32,000 nucleotides of DNA, from the NCBI RefSeq assembly GCF_008189525.1, contig NZ_CP043314.1, positions 583,989 to 615,988 on the forward strand, given 5' to 3'. Under the pieces are notes generated by a model. The model searched no databases and was not told where the DNA came from. It was given only the letters and a program-made list of their open reading frames with translations. Positions 1 to 7,522 of the stretch are shown piece after piece. Numbering within the stretch: position 1 is the stretch's first letter; every line of letters begins with the position of its first letter. The translations under genes were made by a program, and so were the position numbers. The DNA is from Candidatus Saccharimonadota bacterium. Lineage in GTDB: Bacteria > Pseudomonadota > Alphaproteobacteria > CAJXXZ01 > 1604HC.

Positions 1-272
1 CTGCAAACGTAATTCTTAACTTTGCATTCAAAAAACCGACTATGCCAGTGGATACCCATGTGCTGAGAGTATCCAGAAGGCTTGGACTTACAAAAGAAAA
101 GACTCCAGAGAAAGTAGAAAGAGATTTGCTAAAGATAGTTCCTGAAAAACTAAATCTAGAAGCTCATAACTTACTTGTTTGGCATGGAAGAAATGTATGC
201 CAAGCCAAAAAACCTGATTGCAAAAATTGCTGTTTAAAAGACATTTGTGAATCAGAAGACAAAATAATTTAG
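1..272 (+). CDS. nth: endonuclease III (DNA glycosylase/AP lyase), C-terminal part; the 5' end lies upstream of the window
   Basis: The frame is open from the window edge (ANVILNFAFKKPTMPVDTHVLRVSRRLGL...). The C-terminus carries a 4Fe-4S loop, C-x6-C-x2-C-x5-C (CQAKKPDCKNCCLKDIC), typical of Nth. TAG stop at 270-272. Confidence 0.85.
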   Translation, partial: ANVILNFAFKKPTMPVDTHVLRVSRRLGLTKEKTPEKVERDLLKIVPEKLNLEAHNLLVWHGRNVCQAKKPDCKNCCLKDICESEDKII

Positions 273-374
273 CAGCATTAAACAACTTTATACACATAAT
301 TAAATGACTCTCATAAAGTCAAATTTATATGTAGAAAAATCTTTTGATATTAAAGGTTATTATGGTAATATTCC

Positions 375-992
375 GTGATGAGCCTATCTATAGAAGAAAT
401 CGTTTCCAGAATAAAAAACTCAAAAGATGGTAACAAGAGATCACAAGATGATAAATCTAATCAAAAACCTACATACCTAAATCCATTGGAAAGTGACATA
501 GAGTCTCAAACACATGATGAGGAAAAAAGAACTGAACAAGAGTATAGCTTAGAACTTAAAACAGAAAGCTTAAATGATAAAAGCATCAATCCAAGCTTAC
601 AAAGCTCTGTAGAAAAATTAAGAGAGATTATGGGCGATTCTAATCATAGAAAAAGCATATATGTAACTAAAGAAGAAAAAATCAGCTTAGATAGCGATAT
701 AATCAAATCCTTAGTAAAACCTTTGGTACAAAAATGGACTGAAGAAAATATGGACAAAATAGGTAAATATATTAGCTATTCATTAAATGAAAATGTAGTA
801 AAAGATCATCATGTTATGGATTTTCTACAGAAAAACATAGATATTGTGCAGTCAATAATAAAAGAATCTATAGAGTCTTACATAGAATCCTACAGGCATT
901 ATGTAGAATCTAAAACAGAAACTATGGTTAAGAATTATGTAGAAGAATGTGTCAAAAAAGAATTATCTTCTATTCTAAAAGAAAGTTCTTAA
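375..992 (+). CDS. acidic hypothetical protein, PopZ/DUF2497-like
   Basis: 205-aa ORF with a GTG-ATG start. The N-terminal SIEEIVSRIKNS resembles the conserved MEEILASIRRII head of DUF2497/PopZ proteins. SLVKPLVQKWTEENMDKI resembles their C-terminal LLRPLLKEWLDxNLP motif. An acidic S/E/K-rich linker lies between them. The gene sits directly upstream of valS, an arrangement I recall from other alphaproteobacteria. Confidence 0.55.
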   Translation: MMSLSIEEIVSRIKNSKDGNKRSQDDKSNQKPTYLNPLESDIESQTHDEEKRTEQEYSLELKTESLNDKSINPSLQSSVEKLREIMGDSNHRKSIYVTKEEKISLDSDIIKSLVKPLVQKWTEENMDKIGKYISYSLNENVVKDHHVMDFLQKNIDIVQSIIKESIESYIESYRHYVESKTETMVKNYVEECVKKELSSILKESS

Positions 993-1126
993 AAATATTT
1001 TAAGCTATCAGAACTCAAACCCATTTAATTAAGCAATTTTTTTATTAAAAAAGAGCAAGATATAACATTCATAACGAAAATTACAAATAAACAAAAAATA
1101 ATATAGAATTAGAGAAGGCAAAATAA

Positions 1127-4100
1127 ATGAATTATTCTAAATCAGTAACGAACATGGAGAAAAATTTCTTCTCCAAAGCAGATCCTTTTCAAAAATCATC
1201 AAAATATGAATCCAAATCTCGAATGGTTTTACCTCCACCAAACATTACCGGAAAACTACATATAGGACATGCACTAAATGCTTTTGTTCAAGATTTAAAA
1301 GTTAGATATGAAAGGTCATTTAACAACAATAAAATATCCTGGATCCCTGGAACTGATCACGCAGGAATTGCAACACAAATAATGGTAGAAAAATTATTAC
1401 TAGAATCAAATATTAAAAAAGAAGATTTGGGCAGAGAAAAGTTCCTAGAAAAAGTTTGGGAATGGAAAGAAAAGTATCAAGATAATATATATGATCAATT
1501 AAAGAAACTTGGTTTGGAGCTAGATTGGGATCAAGCTAAATTCACTATGGATGAAGATGTACAGGAGGCTGTATCGGAAGCTTTTTGTAAGTTTTATAAA
1601 TCAGGATTGATATTCAAAGATAATAGAATTGTACATTGGGATACAAAGATGCAAACTGCCATTTCAGACCTAGAGGTAAGAAATGAAGAAGTCACTGGCT
1701 ATATGTATTATATAAAATATTATTTTGAAAACTCTTTATCAGAAGATTCACCAAAGAATACTACAGAAGAGCCTATTTCTGAAAACTTCGTAACAGTTGC
1801 CACTACAAGACCAGAGACTATGTTCGGAGATAAAGCAATAGCCGTAAATCCTAACGATGAAAGGTATAAAAACCTTATAGGAAGATCTGCATATATTCCA
1901 ATGACAGATATCAAAATTCCTATAATTTCAGATGAAAGATGTGATATGGAAAAAGGATCTGGAGCTGTAAAAATAACTCCTGCACACGATTTCCTAGATT
2001 TCGAAATAGGAAAAGACCATGACCTAGAGGTACAAAATATTATAGATAAGTACGGAAAATTATCAGGAGATTCAGTACCAAAATCATTACAAAATATAGA
2101 TAGATTAGAAGCTAGAAAAAAAATAATAAAAGAATTAAAAGACAAAGAATTATTAGTAAAAGAAGAAAAGATAAAACATATCATTCCTCACGGAGATAGA
2201 TCTGGATCTATATTAGAACCTATGGCTACTAAGCAGTGGTTCTTAGATATGGACAGCATGGCTTCTGAAGCAAAAGAAGATATACAAAATATTGCAGTAT
2301 TTCCGCAGAATTATATTAAGATATTTAACCATTGGATGAACAACATACAGCCCTGGTGCATATCCAGACAAATATGGTGGGGACATCAAATACCTGTGTG
2401 GTATTTTGATGATAATCATATATATGATTTAGAGAAATATAATAGTTACAAAAAACATGGAACAAATTATTTAACATCCGATTATGGGCAAATAAATAAA
2501 GACAATGAACAATTTAGTAAAAATGCAAACTTGAATCATGAATTTTTGAATCAGGTGAATTTTGAAAAGAGATTTATAGTTGCTAAAGACATAGAGTCAG
2601 CTAGAAAAATAGCTAAAGACATAGGCATAAAGAATGATTCTCTAACACAGGAAACTGATGTCTTGGATACTTGGTTTTCTTCTGCCTTGTGGCCTTTAGT
2701 AAACTCTAAAGAAATAAATAGCATATTTACAAACTCACTAAACCAGGAACTAAATCAGAAATCAACTCAGGAACTAAGCAAGGGCTTAGATCCAAAAAAT
2801 GAAGAATATCCAAATGAATGCATAATAACTGGAAGCGATATATTATTCTTCTGGGTTGCTAGAATGATTATGTTTTGTAAATTCTTTTCTAAAAAAATTC
2901 CTTTCAAGCAAATATATTTACATGGACTAGTTCAAGATAGCTTTGGGAAGAAAATGTCTAAATCTAAAAACAATGCAATGGATCCTTTAGATATAATTGC
3001 AGAAGAAGGAATTGATGTATTGAGATACGCCCTGCTATCCTCTTCTGTTCCTGGTAAAAATGTAAAATTCGGGAAACAAAACATAGAAAAATCTAGACAT
3101 TTCTGTATAAAAATATGGAATGTATTTAAATTTATAAAATCAAACTGTTCAGAGCTATTTGATGTAAATATACACACTCCAGAAAACATGGAAGATAATC
3201 TAAAATCAGGAGAATCAAGCCAAACACATGACTCACAAGAAATAAAAAAACAAAACATACCTCAAGAAGAAAGTAGTTATAACTTGCCTGAAAATCTTCA
3301 TCCATGGAACTCTTTTATAGTATTAAAAATCTCTGATATAAGGAAAACAATACTTGATTTTATAAGTGAATGGAAAATACATGAAGCATCAAACGAAATA
3401 TATAAACTAATATGGGAAGATTTTTGCAGCCTATACATAGAAGGATGTAAGAGTATGCTTAACTCAGAACATTCTATGGAGACAAAGATTGTAATAACAG
3501 AATCTTTTAAAGAGTTAATAAGAATACTGAATCCATTTATGCCTGTTCTAAGTACAGAGATATTCTCTCTTATGGAAAATATAAACCCACAAACTAAAGC
3601 ATATAATTCTAACCTGACCAACAAACCATGTAATACATCATGCAGCTTTGATTCTATTCTTGATTCAATATTAAAAAAGAAATCTCAAAAAGAAAACCAA
3701 GAAAACGAAACATTGATAAAGTCTAAAACATTGGATTATATAAAAGAAATTACAGAAATTACAGATTCAATAAGATACTGCAAAGGTGTATTGGGAATAG
3801 AGAACTCAATTATATATCATGTAAACATAAAGCAGGATCATGTAGGAGAAAATATTATACAGGGTTCCAAATCCCATTTAGAGTCAAATGTAGAAAAGGA
3901 TGAAGTGTTTTATAATATAATTGAAAAGTTGTCTGGGTTTAAAATCCATCCTTCAAAAGAACCTAAAAATGACATGACACCTTACCCGCTGCAACAGGGG
4001 GTTTTATACATAAATTTCTTAGATAAAGATCTAAACAAGTTAAAAAATAAAATAAAGAAAGAGAAAGAGAAATCTTATCAAGATCTTTCTGACGCAGAAA

Positions 4101-4231
4101 GGAAAATTGAGAATAAGCAATTTATTGAAAATGCTCCTACTGAAATCAAAGAGGAAATCAAGGAAAGAATTGCAAAACTAAAGCAAATTGTAGATAATTT
4201 TGATAAAGTGGAATTGATGTGGAGCAAGTAA
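1127..4231 (+). CDS. valS: valine--tRNA ligase (bacterial type, with several lineage-specific insertions)
   Basis: HIGH motif (PPPNITGKLHIGHALN) and KMSKS motif (GKKMSKSKNN) are present, as are DVLDTWFSS and ILFFWVARM. The C-terminal coiled-coil arm (FIENAPTEIKEEIKERIAKLKQ) is typical of bacterial ValRS. Confidence 0.95.
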   Translation: MNYSKSVTNMEKNFFSKADPFQKSSKYESKSRMVLPPPNITGKLHIGHALNAFVQDLKVRYERSFNNNKISWIPGTDHAGIATQIMVEKLLLESNIKKEDLGREKFLEKVWEWKEKYQDNIYDQLKKLGLELDWDQAKFTMDEDVQEAVSEAFCKFYKSGLIFKDNRIVHWDTKMQTAISDLEVRNEEVTGYMYYIKYYFENSLSEDSPKNTTEEPISENFVTVATTRPETMFGDKAIAVNPNDERYKNLIGRSAYIPMTDIKIPIISDERCDMEKGSGAVKITPAHDFLDFEIGKDHDLEVQNIIDKYGKLSGDSVPKSLQNIDRLEARKKIIKELKDKELLVKEEKIKHIIPHGDRSGSILEPMATKQWFLDMDSMASEAKEDIQNIAVFPQNYIKIFNHWMNNIQPWCISRQIWWGHQIPVWYFDDNHIYDLEKYNSYKKHGTNYLTSDYGQINKDNEQFSKNANLNHEFLNQVNFEKRFIVAKDIESARKIAKDIGIKNDSLTQETDVLDTWFSSALWPLVNSKEINSIFTNSLNQELNQKSTQELSKGLDPKNEEYPNECIITGSDILFFWVARMIMFCKFFSKKIPFKQIYLHGLVQDSFGKKMSKSKNNAMDPLDIIAEEGIDVLRYALLSSSVPGKNVKFGKQNIEKSRHFCIKIWNVFKFIKSNCSELFDVNIHTPENMEDNLKSGESSQTHDSQEIKKQNIPQEESSYNLPENLHPWNSFIVLKISDIRKTILDFISEWKIHEASNEIYKLIWEDFCSLYIEGCKSMLNSEHSMETKIVITESFKELIRILNPFMPVLSTEIFSLMENINPQTKAYNSNLTNKPCNTSCSFDSILDSILKKKSQKENQENETLIKSKTLDYIKEITEITDSIRYCKGVLGIENSIIYHVNIKQDHVGENIIQGSKSHLESNVEKDEVFYNIIEKLSGFKIHPSKEPKNDMTPYPLQQGVLYINFLDKDLNKLKNKIKKEKEKSYQDLSDAERKIENKQFIENAPTEIKEEIKERIAKLKQIVDNFDKVELMWSK

Positions 4232-4725
4232 TGATTTTCATAAAAAAAGCAACAAGTTTTATAAAAAATTTAACAAAGACAATAGTTAATAAGATAAATA
4301 CGAAGAATTTATTTTATAGCACAAACTCCAAACAAAACATATTCACAAAACTTCTACTAATATCTTCCCTTGTATTTATTCTTCAAGGATGTGAAGAAGA
4401 GAAACATATGAACTGCCCAAAAGGCAAATTAATAGGAATGACAAAAACAGAATTTATCAGTAAATATGGAGAAGGTGCAATAAAGCATCCGCTAGATAAC
4501 AACACATGGTTTTACGTAGATCTGATTTACATAAACAGTCTTTTTTCTAAGACTGCAAAAGGAAATTGGATGAGCGTAAGGATCAGCAATAACAAGATTG
4601 TAGAATTGAGAAAAGGCAAGCTTCCAAAGAAAATGAAAATGAAAGAACATAAAAAAGAAACATTAGTAAAGAAAAAGATTGCTGAAGAGCTGTTTGGATA
4701 TGTTGGATCTGCATCTTCATACTAA
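4231..4725 (+). CDS. bamE: BamE/SmpA-OmlA-like outer-membrane lipoprotein
   Basis: Signal peptide with lipobox ([14 protein letters not shown]). This is followed by [28 protein letters not shown], which resembles the SmpA_OmlA fold signature. The ATG at 4231 overlaps the valS TAA (TAATG). The ORF track's GTG at 4219 is an alternative start. Confidence 0.6.
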   Translation: MIFIKKATSFIKNLTKTIVNKINTKNLFYSTNSKQNIFTKLLLISSLVFILQGCEEEKHMNCPKGKLIGMTKTEFISKYGEGAIKHPLDNNTWFYVDLIYINSLFSKTAKGNWMSVRISNNKIVELRKGKLPKKMKMKEHKKETLVKKKIAEELFGYVGSASSY

Positions 4726-4802
4726 AATTATATGTTATTAAAACTATAAATATATATCTTTGGAATATTGTTTTCTACTGTTTTTCATGTAGAATGACTG
4801 TT

Positions 4803-4928
4803 ATGAAAGTATTCAGTTCTCTAAAAGGCTTAGTGTCAAGAAATAAATATTCTAAAATGATCAGAAGACGTGGAAAGATCAGAATAATAAATAAGAGATT
4901 TCCTAGGTTCAAAGCAGTACAAGGTTAA
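4803..4928 (+). CDS. rpmJ: 50S ribosomal protein L36 (alpha-proteobacterial long-type)
   Basis: Not in the ORF track because it is only 41 aa. It translates to [41 protein letters not shown]. This matches the MKV..SLK....R......RRKG+..VINK...RFKARQG pattern of alphaproteobacterial L36. The TAA at 4926-4928 lies 2 nt before the next start codon. Confidence 0.85.
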   Translation: MKVFSSLKGLVSRNKYSKMIRRRGKIRIINKRFPRFKAVQG

Positions 4929-4930
4929 AC

Positions 4931-5206
4931 ATGCTTAAAGACAGAAAATACACCAAGTATGAACTTGTTTCAGCATTAACTCAAAGAGCTAAGCAACTGT
5001 TTGCAGGAGATGATCCTAGAGTAGAAACAAAGCATTCTGAAAAACTATCTTACATAGCGTTAAAAGAGTATATGCAAGGTCTTTTGGACATAGAATCTTT
5101 ACTTAATGAAGCTAAAATGATTTACACAGATCAGGCTGTAGCTTTTGAAGATGATGAAGATGATGACAACTATGCATTCGATGCAAACGAAGAAGACAAG
5201 CAATAA
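4931..5206 (+). CDS. rpoZ: DNA-directed RNA polymerase subunit omega
   Basis: KYELVSALTQRAKQLFAGDDPRVE....KLSYIALKEYMQGLL matches the omega core (nRFeLv.lAakRArQL ... K.v.iALrEia.G). The acidic C-terminal tail is also seen in Rickettsiales-type omega. Confidence 0.72.
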   Translation: MLKDRKYTKYELVSALTQRAKQLFAGDDPRVETKHSEKLSYIALKEYMQGLLDIESLLNEAKMIYTDQAVAFEDDEDDDNYAFDANEEDKQ

Positions 5207-5447
5207 TCTCCATCAATTTATTTCAATATTAATTCTAAACAAACTAATTAATTATCATAAATTATTATTTTAATTATTCTCATGACAAGCGTTACGTACA
5301 ATTTCTATATTAAGATTAAATATCTTAAATTAGATAAACATTTTGTAGAGCCCCTGAAATCAGAATAGTATAAAAAAAAAGATATTCTTATTCCTAGAAA
5401 TTCATTTCATTTTTTATTTATAAACGACATAAATTATACTTATAAAA

Positions 5448-5506
5448 ACATAAACATTGTGTATAAGGGTATATTTTGGTAAGTTCTTTGCAAGATCTCA
5501 GGAGGG
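5448..5506 (+). promoter_or_regulatory. conserved 5' leader with Shine-Dalgarno (AGGAGGG) and a possible promoter of the LRR operon; mirrored at 17238-17295 on the minus strand
   Basis: About 60 nt upstream of the LRR1 start are almost identical to the sequence upstream of LRR4 (acataaacattgtgtataagggtatattttggtaagttctttgcaagatctcaggaggg vs acataacattgcgtataagagtatattttggtaagttctttgcaagatctcaggaggg). A weak sigma70-like TTGTGT-17-TAAGTT can be read. The promoter call is only an inference from conservation. Confidence 0.35.
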
Positions 5507-5727
5507 ATGATGACAAGTAATTTGGATAAATTTACATCTGGAGCTAGTGCAAAACAGAGTGCTAACGCTAACGGAAGTACGAACAAGGCAAGCAAATCAA
5601 GCACTATGAGCAAAATGAGGAGCATACTGAAGCTATGCACACTTGCACTTACAGCCCAACACACAAACACGGTTGACATCCCGAAACTACACGACATCCC
5701 TAACGAACATGGTTGTTTTTATCATTT
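5448..5727 (+). repeat. outer inverted repeat, left copy (leader + first ~74 codons of LRR1)
   Basis: Aligns to the reverse complement of 17018-17295 with only a handful of mismatches and a 1-nt indel in the leader. Homology stops abruptly after ...ggttgtttttatcattt. Confidence 0.9.
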
Positions 5728-7522
5728 GAAATATACAAAAAATGGAACTTTGGATTTATATGAAAGCGGATTGCCAAAATATGAAAGTGGATTGGTAGAT
5801 CTGTTAGATGGAATGGTAGAAATGCATAAATTCAGCAAATCTGACATAGAATTTGTTGCGTTTCTAAGACATGAAATAGAAAAAATCCTTGAAGTTGATT
5901 ACAATAAGGGACTAGAAAATGACTTCTTACTTAAATTTCCAAAAATAAAGGGCATAATAGGAGATGGTGAGCTTGAAGAAGAAGTTTTAGCTGAACATGG
6001 ATACTCAAAAGAAGATTATGACAGTACTATTACTGGGTATAATGTTAGAGATTCTTTGGATTGTTTGATTCGTGCCAAGAGAATTTGGGGCAAAATGATT
6101 GACCAATATGGGGAAGAAGATCTTAACAAAATCAAAGATTCAGTAAAAAATGCAAACCATGAATACGAATTAGGGAAAAAAACTCACCTAAACTTAAAAG
6201 TTATGCATAATTTGGTAGGATATGGATTAAGGCAAAGAGAAGCAGCTGGTATGCCAGATGAATCTACATTTTTGCAAAGATGGTACTCTGGAAGACATGC
6301 TTATGCAGACGATAAAAAGTCTAAAGTATCTATAAAACTAGATAATAGTGCGTTTATTTATCAAGTAATTCCTACTAAAGATTCAGGCACAGACTATGAG
6401 AAGAAACCTTGCGAACGTCATTCGAATATTATGTCTGTTTCATATTTCGATGCAAATACAAAAACAGACAATTTAGTTTGGGCTGGAGATGAAAGAGAAT
6501 TAAAAGAGAGAACCTGCAAAGTTGTTCAATACAACAGCTTCCCAGATTTAAGAAACTTGGATAGAATCGGTCCAATTTTCCAATATGCACTGGCATTGAG
6601 ATATGTTCATTTAGATATCACAAGCCCTGATCATTTGTATTGGATGAGATTTGCGCAAGACTTGGAATATGTGAAATTGAGAGTTACAGAATCAGACCAC
6701 CTAAAGCACTTGGGTTTGTTGAAAAACACACAATACTTAGGTATTACTAACATAAACGTAGATGATGCAATCATTCTTCCTGAAGAAATCGGCACATTAA
6801 GCAAATTAAGGTGCTTACACTTGAGTGGAGTTGAAGGATATCCAAACCAGATTCATGGAATTAAAGGATTACGTGAAATTAAGTTCGTGGAATCCGAAGG
6901 TAAGATAGATAAAAGCTTAAGTGATTTAGATAAATTGGTACATTTGGAGTTAAGTGGTAAGGTAGAATTGCCTGAAACTATAGAATTATGGGGGCTAGAA
7001 TCTCTTGTTGCACCTAGCGCAGATATAGAAAAAATGCCTAGATTTATCTGCCCTGAATTAAGGTATTTAGATTTAGGAAGTGCAAGATTAGACCATGCTT
7101 TAGAGCCTGGAGCAAAATTACCTATATTTGCAGGTGGTAATGAAATGACCAAAGCAGTAGATTTATCTGAATGCCCTGAGCTACGTGAAGTTTGGGTTGG
7201 AAACAGAATCAACGAAGTTGACGTGTCTGTGTTTAAGAGTTGCAAAAAGTTGATGTATATTGGACTTGGAGTTGATTTTAAGTACAGTATTAAATCAGGT
7301 TTGACTGAGTATGTTAAGAAAAATGAGCTATTCTTCGAGTTACTACATCCACTTAATGCAGGTGAAAAATTGCAATACAACTGTAAGATTCCAGGAGAAG
7401 ATGGTGAGTGGCTGAAGTTAAAGAGATACCAAGAAAACCAAAAGAGAAATTGGGTAAGAAATAAAAATGCTAGATATAAGCATATGGCAAAAATCTTGAA
7501 AGAAAATGGTCAGCTAAAATAG
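5507..7522 (+). CDS. leucine-rich-repeat protein, island paralog 1 (candidate secreted effector)
   Basis: 671-aa ORF, very long for an AT-rich genome. The C-terminal half has LxxLxxLxL repeats with a eukaryote-like LPEEIGxLxxLxxLxL unit (LPEEIGTLSKLRCLHLSG, LDKLVHLELSG, PELRYLDLGS, CPELREVWVGN). The N-terminal ~330 aa have no motif I recognise. The S/T/N/A-rich head is followed by the shared MSKMR.ILKLCTLALTAQHTNTVDIPKLHD module. Confidence 0.8.
   Translation: MMTSNLDKFTSGASAKQSANANGSTNKASKSSTMSKMRSILKLCTLALTAQHTNTVDIPKLHDIPNEHGCFYHLKYTKNGTLDLYESGLPKYESGLVDLLDGMVEMHKFSKSDIEFVAFLRHEIEKILEVDYNKGLENDFLLKFPKIKGIIGDGELEEEVLAEHGYSKEDYDSTITGYNVRDSLDCLIRAKRIWGKMIDQYGEEDLNKIKDSVKNANHEYELGKKTHLNLKVMHNLVGYGLRQREAAGMPDESTFLQRWYSGRHAYADDKKSKVSIKLDNSAFIYQVIPTKDSGTDYEKKPCERHSNIMSVSYFDANTKTDNLVWAGDERELKERTCKVVQYNSFPDLRNLDRIGPIFQYALALRYVHLDITSPDHLYWMRFAQDLEYVKLRVTESDHLKHLGLLKNTQYLGITNINVDDAIILPEEIGTLSKLRCLHLSGVEGYPNQIHGIKGLREIKFVESEGKIDKSLSDLDKLVHLELSGKVELPETIELWGLESLVAPSADIEKMPRFICPELRYLDLGSARLDHALEPGAKLPIFAGGNEMTKAVDLSECPELREVWVGNRINEVDVSVFKSCKKLMYIGLGVDFKYSIKSGLTEYVKKNELFFELLHPLNAGEKLQYNCKIPGEDGEWLKLKRYQENQKRNWVRNKNARYKHMAKILKENGQLK

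Noticed and set aside
1720-2184. Numerous 60-180-aa ORFs antisense to valS, the LRR genes, vgrG, xthA, dnaQ, rnd, ndk, tkt, der and the bamB-like gene (e.g. 1720-2184, 6853-7380, 10822-11367, 13103-13291, 16024-16431, 23316-23543, 27999-28298).
   Set aside because: These are shadow ORFs fully nested in long genes that carry clear family motifs. Their S/F/I/L-rich composition is typical of the complement of K/E/N-rich coding sequence.
5207-5447. A direct-repeat (att-like) copy of the tRNA-Gln 3' half at the rpoZ-side island boundary, and a small 28-aa ORF at ~5282-5368.
   Set aside because: No convincing match to ctgaggtactaggattcgaacc was seen by eye. The small ORF has no SD and no recognisable product.
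5606-5640. The conserved head MSKMRNILKLCTLAL read as a lipoprotein or Sec signal peptide.
   Set aside because: The hydrophobic stretch is too short. LKLC is a poor lipobox and sits only 11 residues from the Met. In LRR1 and LRR4 it is preceded by 33 hydrophilic residues.
5440-5697. An 85-aa hydrophobic ORF antisense to the LRR1 head (MSCSFGMSTVFVCWAVSAS...LLILLIVLDLLALFVLPLALAL). It has a 101-aa twin at 17047-17352, and both look like small two-TM membrane proteins.
   Set aside because: Both lie entirely inside the outer inverted repeat, so their 'conservation' is just the repeat. The Leu/Ala-rich sequence is what the complement of the S/A/N/K-rich sense codons would give. There is no SD, and the sense ORFs are far longer.
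5678-5727. Partial resemblance of PNEHGCFYHFKY to the central MIX motif of T6SS effectors (hRxGhhYhh).
   Set aside because: The invariant Arg is missing, and the flanking MIX motifs are not recognisable. The call is too weak to make by eye and needs an HMM.
6150-6185. NHEYELGKKTH / NHECELGQKTY in the LRR N-terminal domain read as a possible HExxH zinc-protease motif.
   Set aside because: The second His is not at the +4 position (HEYEL), so the motif is absent.
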